Shown piece after piece: positions 58,480-64,000 of a DNA stretch of 64,000 nucleotides. The translations under genes and the position numbers were made by a program. Source of the DNA: Candidatus Latescibacterota bacterium (GTDB lineage Bacteria; Latescibacterota; UBA2968; UBA8231); contig OZ241867.1 of assembly GCA_965203175.1 (NCBI GenBank), forward strand, positions 5,920,001 through 5,984,000, written 5' to 3'. Each line of letters starts with the position of its first letter. Position 1 is the first letter of the stretch. The notes below the pieces were generated by a model. That model worked only from the letters and a program-made list of their open reading frames with translations, had not been told where the DNA came from and made no database searches.

Positions 58480-59052
58480 TTAGTGTATCGCTTCTCGCAA
58501 GGCGTGCAAAAAAACGGCTGGATCGGCTGGGCCGAGCAAGAGGGCATGGGAACCGTGCGTTGGAATATACACAGCGCGCGGTGTACCCGTGTAGAAAACG
58601 TGCGCCTTTTCCCCGCTGTGCAGATAAAACGCCCCGCCGCGAAAAAAGAACGCGCTAATGGCAAAAATTTTGCCCCCAGGCCGGTATTGGGGTTCGGCCG
58701 ACAAATCGACGACGCGGGCCTCTTCCACCTTTAGCTCGTCATAGGTGAAGTGCTTGCCGTGGGCGCTGTTGCGGATGAGCAGATGACCCTCTAGCAAGAC
58801 AAAATCCGTGCGGCGAGCACTCAAATAAAACCAAGTGAAGACCGAGAAAAAGATGATCAGCATCAGCGCGTAAGACGAGCCCAAGGCCACGGGCGCGGCG
58901 AGGCGGGCGACCGGGCCGTCCGGGTCAATGGCCGCATAGAGCGCGAGGGTCAGCACACCGAAAAAGGCGGTAGTCAAACCAAAAGACGCGGCCAGCACTT
59001 TGCCGAACAGAGCGGCAGACGGTGGGTGGATGGGGAAAATGCGCGGTTCCAT
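58480..59052 (-). CDS. Membrane protein with bacterial PH-like domain
   Basis: Two TM helices, then a beta-rich domain (GEKA...AVYIPT...LLLGP..P). Confidence 0.6.
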   Translation of the reverse strand: MEPRIFPIHPPSAALFGKVLAASFGLTTAFFGVLTLALYAAIDPDGPVARLAAPVALGSSYALMLIIFFSVFTWFYLSARRTDFVLLEGHLLIRNSAHGKHFTYDELKVEEARVVDLSAEPQYRPGGKIFAISAFFFRGGAFYLHSGEKAHVFYTGTPRAVYIPTHGSHALLLGPADPAVFLHALREAIH

Positions 59053-59053
59053 G

Positions 59054-59902
59054 TCAACTCGCCCTGAGCAGCATCAAGCCCCCGGCAATGGCGAGGATGC
59101 CAATTGTCTTAACAGCCGTGAGCCGTTCTTTGAGAAAGATCCAGCCCAGCAGCGCACCGATTACTACCGACGACTCGCGCGCGGCAATGATATAACTAAC
59201 CGGCCCTTGGGTATAGGCGTACAGTATCATCAGATAGGTCGCCAACGAGACCGCGCCAATCAAGGCGATATACCCGTAGAAGGCGCGAGCCGTCGCCAGC
59301 AACTCCGCACCGTATCGGCGCACCACAAAGGGCATGCGCACGACGGTAGCGATGATCCACATGCCGCAGATGTAGTAAATCGGTTGCACGTATCCTACGC
59401 CTATTTTGTCGATCAGCGAGTAACAGACAATCGTCAGCCCCACGCCCAAGGCCAGTTGCAAGCCCCGCGCCTGGAGCTTGAGGGCCGGGGCACCAACGCA
59501 AAGAATCCCCGCGAACACTAAGGCGATCCCGCCCGCGCCCAACAGCGAAATGTCCTCGCCCAAGCTGAGATAAGCCACCAAGGCCGTCAGTCCCACACCC
59601 GAGCCGCGCGCGATCGGGTACACCGTCGATATCTCGCCATGCTCGTACGCCCGCGCCAGCAGGGCGAAATACAGCGCGTGAAAAATGCCCGTGGCCAGAA
59701 AGCAGATGCCAGCCGGCCATGACAGGGTCAGCGGCGTGCCCTGCCACCAGATATAGGCGCACAGCGGCATTACGAACAGAATACCAGAGGCAAAGGAGAG
59801 CCACATCACGACTACATTGCCAGCGACCTTGTAGGCAACGAAATTCCACAAGGCGTGGCCGATGGCCGCCGCCATCACGAGCCCCCAGACATCGGCGTTC
59901 AT
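59054..59902 (-). CDS. EamA/DMT transporter
   Basis: HALWN, LARAY..GEIS.VYPIARG and RESSVV motifs. Confidence 0.88.
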   Translation of the reverse strand: MNADVWGLVMAAAIGHALWNFVAYKVAGNVVVMWLSFASGILFVMPLCAYIWWQGTPLTLSWPAGICFLATGIFHALYFALLARAYEHGEISTVYPIARGSGVGLTALVAYLSLGEDISLLGAGGIALVFAGILCVGAPALKLQARGLQLALGVGLTIVCYSLIDKIGVGYVQPIYYICGMWIIATVVRMPFVVRRYGAELLATARAFYGYIALIGAVSLATYLMILYAYTQGPVSYIIAARESSVVIGALLGWIFLKERLTAVKTIGILAIAGGLMLLRAS

Positions 59903-59995
59903 TTTCTATAAAGTCAATTCGGGTGAATTGGGCCGGTTGACCATAGCGAGATTGAACCCTCGCGTCAAATGATCAATATTCTAAGGATGCGATTA

Positions 59996-61021
59996 ATGAC
60001 AGACACACCTACTTTCGCGGAGGTGGAAGAGGCCGAGGCGTTTATCGGTGCCCATCTCGCGCCGACGCCGCTCGTCCACTGCTATAAGCTCTCGCAAATG
60101 CTGGGCTGCTCCTACCACGCCAAGTGCGAGAACTTGCAGCCCGTGGGAGCCTTTAAGGTGCGCGGCGGTGTCAACCTCATCGGGCGCTTATCCCCTGCCG
60201 AGCGGCAGCGGGGCGTCATCAGCGCGAGCACCGGCAACCACGGCCAGTCGCTGGCGTACGCCGGCCAGCTCTTTGACACGCCAGTGATCATCTACGGACC
60301 GGAGCGCGCCAGCAACCCGGCCAAAGTCGCGGCCATGCGCGCCCTCGGCGCAGAAGTCCGCCTCGTTGGCCGCGATTTTGACGAGGCGCGCGAGGAAGTC
60401 GAGCGCGAAGCGCGCCGCACGGGCTGCCGCTACGTGCACTCGGCCAACGAGCCGTTGCTGATCGCCGGCGTGGGCACCATGGGCTTGGAGATTTTTGCCG
60501 CCCTGCCCGATGCGGAAGCGCTGATTGTGCCCGTCGGCGGCGGCAGCGGCATCTGCGGCATCTCGCTCGTCGCCCGCCACCTAAACCCATCCGTCGAGAT
60601 CATCGGCGTACAAAGCGAGAGCGCTCCGGTCTGCTACCGGGCTTGGCAACAGCGGCGGCTCGACGTGGAAGCCCCCATGGCCACGCGGCACGAGGGGCTA
60701 GCCACGCGCGTGCCCTTTGCGATGACCTCGCACATGATGTGGGAACTCGTCGATCACTTCGAGCTCGTCACCGACGAAGAAATAGACGCGGCCATTGGTC
60801 TGTTGGCGCGAGAGGCCAAGCTAGTAGCCGAAGGAGCCGGAGCCGCATCACTAGCCGCGGCCCTGAAAATTCGCGACTCTTTGGCCGGCAAAAAGGTAGT
60901 CGGCATCCTCAGCGGCGGGAACGCACCCGCCGATCACTTAGCACGGATTTTGCAAAGTCAACCACTGACGGCTAAAGCGCGTCAGCTTGTCCCTGACCGT
61001 TACCCCGCCGCCGCGGAGTAG
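59996..61021 (+). CDS. Threonine/serine dehydratase (PLP, fold type II); the last ~21 codons come from the inserted tnpB element
   Basis: KCENLQ..GAFKVRG, ASTGNHGQ, PVGGGSG and EGAGA...SGGN motifs. Confidence 0.92.
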   Translation: MTDTPTFAEVEEAEAFIGAHLAPTPLVHCYKLSQMLGCSYHAKCENLQPVGAFKVRGGVNLIGRLSPAERQRGVISASTGNHGQSLAYAGQLFDTPVIIYGPERASNPAKVAAMRALGAEVRLVGRDFDEAREEVEREARRTGCRYVHSANEPLLIAGVGTMGLEIFAALPDAEALIVPVGGGSGICGISLVARHLNPSVEIIGVQSESAPVCYRAWQQRRLDVEAPMATRHEGLATRVPFAMTSHMMWELVDHFELVTDEEIDAAIGLLAREAKLVAEGAGAASLAAALKIRDSLAGKKVVGILSGGNAPADHLARILQSQPLTAKARQLVPDRYPAAAE

Positions 61022-62128
61022 GCCGAAATTTTAGGCGCATTGACAGACGCCCTTGCCCGGATGTTCCGGGCGGCGTTGTAATCGGCGTGAGCGTGATGCC
61101 CACACTGCTTACAACGAAACTGGGATTGACAGGAGCGATTACCGCGCTCGACATGTCCACATTGAGAGCACATCTGAGAGGTGTACTGGGGATCGACGAT
61201 CTTGAGCAACACGCCAGCCAGCTCCGCTTTGTAGCTGACAAACTGGCGAAGCTGGTCAAATCCCCAAGACCCCATGCGGTTGCGTTGCGGCTTGCGAAAC
61301 CGGATCCGGTCGCGGAGGCCCTTGAGCTCTTCCAAGGATATGCCGCGCCCGGTGTCTTTGGCCTTCGCAACGAGTCGCTTAGAGATACAGTGGTTGGTAT
61401 TCCGACGAAACCGCGCCTCGCGGTCGCCGATGCGTTTGAGCTTCTTACGGATGCGCTTACGCCGTCGCGCATTAGCAGCCAGATCAGCCGCCGACTGAAG
61501 GGCTTGCTTGAGCGTCTGGTTCTTGACGCGCACACGCTCTACATCTTCGCCGGTGTGTTGTTCTCCGTCCGAGTCGGTGGCAAGGTTCTCGATACCCAGA
61601 TCAACACCGAGGAAATCGTCAGAATCACACGGCGGCTCCGGCTCATGCTCGACGGTGGCCATGAGAAACCACTTGCCATCCTTGCGGCGGACCAGTTCGG
61701 CAAACAGCTTGACGTTACCAAACTGCTCGGCTTGATAGTCTCCCATCACCATCGGGATGTCATGCCGGTTTCCATCCGCCGTCTTGATGTTGAGGGCTTC
61801 CAAGCCCTTGTAACGAAAGGCTCCCTTGCGATACGGGATTGCCGCCAGGGGACGAAACGACACCTGCTTAGACTTGTCGCGCTTGTAGTTGGCTGCCACT
61901 TGAGCAAAGGTCAGAATAGCGATGTCCGCCGGAAGATCAAACACTTCTCGAACCTCGTAGTAATACAGCTTGTGCAACGCATAGCGGTTGGCAAGCTGAC
62001 GCTCAAAGGCTTTCTCGGCCACCCAAGTACACGCAGCATTAAACCGGCGCATCGTCTCTTCGAGCGCGTCAGCCTGCTCAGGTGTAGGCAGGAGCTTGAT
62101 TTGTATAACTCGTTTCACAATAGAAAAT
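60957..62128 (-). mobile_element. IS200/IS605-family (IS1341-type, tnpB-only) element
   Basis: Right end CAGGGACAAGC-hairpin-GTGGTTGAC; removing 60957-62128 restores an in-frame host stop; left boundary inferred at TTAT. Confidence 0.75.
61000..62118 (-). CDS. tnpB: RNA-guided endonuclease TnpB
   Basis: RuvC D/E/D intact (GVDLG, LEEL, HADYNAARNI); zinc finger CSQC...CKQC; GTG start chosen (alternative ATG at 62136). Confidence 0.95.
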   Translation of the reverse strand: MKRVIQIKLLPTPEQADALEETMRRFNAACTWVAEKAFERQLANRYALHKLYYYEVREVFDLPADIAILTFAQVAANYKRDKSKQVSFRPLAAIPYRKGAFRYKGLEALNIKTADGNRHDIPMVMGDYQAEQFGNVKLFAELVRRKDGKWFLMATVEHEPEPPCDSDDFLGVDLGIENLATDSDGEQHTGEDVERVRVKNQTLKQALQSAADLAANARRRKRIRKKLKRIGDREARFRRNTNHCISKRLVAKAKDTGRGISLEELKGLRDRIRFRKPQRNRMGSWGFDQLRQFVSYKAELAGVLLKIVDPQYTSQMCSQCGHVERGNRSCQSQFRCKQCGHHAHADYNAARNIRARASVNAPKISAYSAAAG

Positions 62129-62162
62129 ATAACCATTAGGCCGTCCCCAAGCGAGAACTTTT

Positions 62163-63851
62163 ATGGCTAAACAACCCAAGCGCAAAAAGAGCCGTCGCCG
62201 GGGTGCCACCGCGCGCGCCAATGCCGAGTTGGGCGCGCACATGGCATCGCTGGGCCTAGAGGCCATTGAAGCCTATAAGGTCTGGTGCCGCCAGCACGGG
62301 TTTAGCGCGGCCCTGAGCAAGACTTGGCAAGAGCGGAGGCAAGAGCGCGCCGCGCACCAGCGCGACCAACAGGCCGCCCAAGCCGAAGAAGCCGTGCGGC
62401 AACACGTCGCGCAACTGGGGTTAGACGGAGTGGCCGCCTATCAGACGTGGTGTCGGCAACAAGGACTCGGCGACGCCATCCACAAAAGCGACGCCCAGCG
62501 CAGCAAGGAGGTCAAGCTCCACCAGCAGATCCAGAGTACCCAAGCCCTGCACAAGGGCCGCAAGCACAGCCGGCGCACCAAAGACATCATTCACCAGCTC
62601 TGGGCCGGAGCCATCGCCGAGGAAGAGTTGCGCACCGAGGTCTTGCGCCTGATCCATCGGGCCTTTGTGGGCTTGGCGGGCGACCAGCGGGCGCAGCTAC
62701 GGGATTTGCTCTTGCACGTAGAGAAGCGGTCATCCAATCTGCTCGACTCGCGGCCAGCTCTCCACCGCTTGGGACGAGTGGAGGGCAATACCTTCGTCGA
62801 GGCCCTCGGCGCATTGGCACGACACAGCGACGCTTGGCAGCAGTCGCCGTCCGAGTGGAAGCCAGACAGCCGCAATCCCCGACGGCAATTCGCCGCGCTG
62901 GTCCGCTTCCTATTGGCTCGCTACGACGTGCCGACTTGCTTGGATTCGGTGTGGTTTGGCGGCTGGGACCCAGAAGCCCAACGCCAACAGGGGTGGTTCG
63001 TCCACGTGGGCAGCGGGCAGAACATCCGCACGGCCGATCTGCCGTTGGTACTCTCAAAGCGCATGGCACACGTCTTTGCCGAGGCACCGAGCGAACTGAC
63101 GGCGACCGAGGCCCTGCGCTGGGCGCAAGTGATGGGACAGGGAGGCAGTGAGATGTTGGCGCAGGCCGTAATAGCCACGGAATTGGGTCGCAGTTTCGCC
63201 GACGAATCCTTCTGGAGCACAGTCGTACTCTTCCTCGTCGAAAACCCCATGCTCGACCCGGACATGGTGGGGCCAATCGTCGATTATATCAACCATCAGA
63301 AATTCGTCCCCACTGAGGAAGGCGAGCCACCCCAACCCAATTACACCATGAAGGGACGCAGCGCAGTCAAGCTCCTGAGCCAAGTCGAGGAATGGCACGA
63401 GCGCTTAGCTCGCGACAACCGCCAGCCCGGCGGGAGTTGGGAATCGTCGGGCATCGCGGGCTTTGAGTGGATGGACGACAAAGAGGAAGGGCTGCGTTGG
63501 ACCATCCGCGAGCTTACTTCCAAAAAAGACCTCTCGTTGGAGGGACGGGCGATGAACCACTGCGTCGCCTCCTACGTGCCCAACTGCCGTCGGGGCAGCA
63601 AGTCGGTATGGTCGATGCAGGTCGATGCAGAGGGCCACAGCGCCCGCGTGGTGACGATTGCCATGCACAATCCGAGCCGCAGAATCGTCGAGGTGCGTGG
63701 GCGCTTCAACGCCGTGCCACGGCAGTCGGGAAAAAATCCAAGAAACAAGACATTGGAGCGGCCCTATCGATCGCTGCTGGCGCGCTCTGGTACCGTGTTG
63801 CGGAAATGGATTGAGGCCGAGGAACTGGAGCGGACGACGCGGGCATATTAG
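62163..63851 (+). CDS. PcfJ-domain protein
   Basis: C-terminal W.IREL....L..EGRAMNHCVASY...C and EVRGRFN motifs. Confidence 0.82.
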   Translation: MAKQPKRKKSRRRGATARANAELGAHMASLGLEAIEAYKVWCRQHGFSAALSKTWQERRQERAAHQRDQQAAQAEEAVRQHVAQLGLDGVAAYQTWCRQQGLGDAIHKSDAQRSKEVKLHQQIQSTQALHKGRKHSRRTKDIIHQLWAGAIAEEELRTEVLRLIHRAFVGLAGDQRAQLRDLLLHVEKRSSNLLDSRPALHRLGRVEGNTFVEALGALARHSDAWQQSPSEWKPDSRNPRRQFAALVRFLLARYDVPTCLDSVWFGGWDPEAQRQQGWFVHVGSGQNIRTADLPLVLSKRMAHVFAEAPSELTATEALRWAQVMGQGGSEMLAQAVIATELGRSFADESFWSTVVLFLVENPMLDPDMVGPIVDYINHQKFVPTEEGEPPQPNYTMKGRSAVKLLSQVEEWHERLARDNRQPGGSWESSGIAGFEWMDDKEEGLRWTIRELTSKKDLSLEGRAMNHCVASYVPNCRRGSKSVWSMQVDAEGHSARVVTIAMHNPSRRIVEVRGRFNAVPRQSGKNPRNKTLERPYRSLLARSGTVLRKWIEAEELERTTRAY

Positions 63852-63955
63852 GGAAGCGTACGTTTGGACATAGAAAAGTATTCGTTATTCTGCTCGCGTT
63901 AGGACAACAAAAGAAACCAGCGCACGCTTATTATCCATCGCCAAGGAGAGCCAAC

Positions 63956-64000
63956 ATGACCGCTAAGTTACTACTTGCCACGTGCTGCTCCCTCGTACTC
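63956..64000 (+). CDS. 5' end of a secreted protein (partial)
   Basis: AAGGAG RBS, then MTAKLLLATCCSLVL (signal-peptide-like). Confidence 0.5.
   Translation, partial: MTAKLLLATCCSLVL

Noticed and set aside
61087-62139. 350-aa ORF antisense to tnpB
   Set aside because: Shadow frame of a well-supported gene; no motifs.
1-64000. Numerous long overlapping alternate-frame ORFs; search for tRNA/rRNA
   Set aside because: Such ORFs are expected in high-GC DNA. No tRNA or rRNA signatures were recognised by eye.

Overview
GC-rich bacterial chromosomal window, densely coding. The gene mix (PhyH dioxygenases, sulfatases, MR/MLE enolases, an 'APNPFN' FlgD-type C-terminal sorting domain) suggests a Latescibacterota/FCB-type heterotroph, possibly host-associated; this is inference. 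Housekeeping and catabolic genes dominate: mrdA-mreD, mltD-like, mtnA, rsfS, trxB, rsmA, glmM-like, uxuA, kduD, msrA, pgl and a threonine dehydratase. Five accessory features stand out. (1) A collapsed type I-E CRISPR locus at 34.6-37.5 kb: a cas3 HD fragment is fused directly to the first repeat, and one 'spacer' is a 2,017-bp piece of foreign DNA carrying two HEPN-like ORFs and a truncated DNA methylase. Its last 32 nt follow an AAG PAM. (2) An intact tnpB element inserted in the 3' end of the threonine dehydratase gene (probable TTAT TAM). (3) A protein-free 425-bp element at 15.9-16.3 kb with the same right end, a candidate stand-alone omega/reRNA. (4) A UGA-readthrough UxxC selenoprotein redoxin with a SECIS-like hairpin. 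(5) Three cargo segments (enolase, TA module, enolase) stacked between repeated copies of one convergent gene junction at 42.8-47.3 kb. All calls come from reading motifs by eye; no database searches were run.
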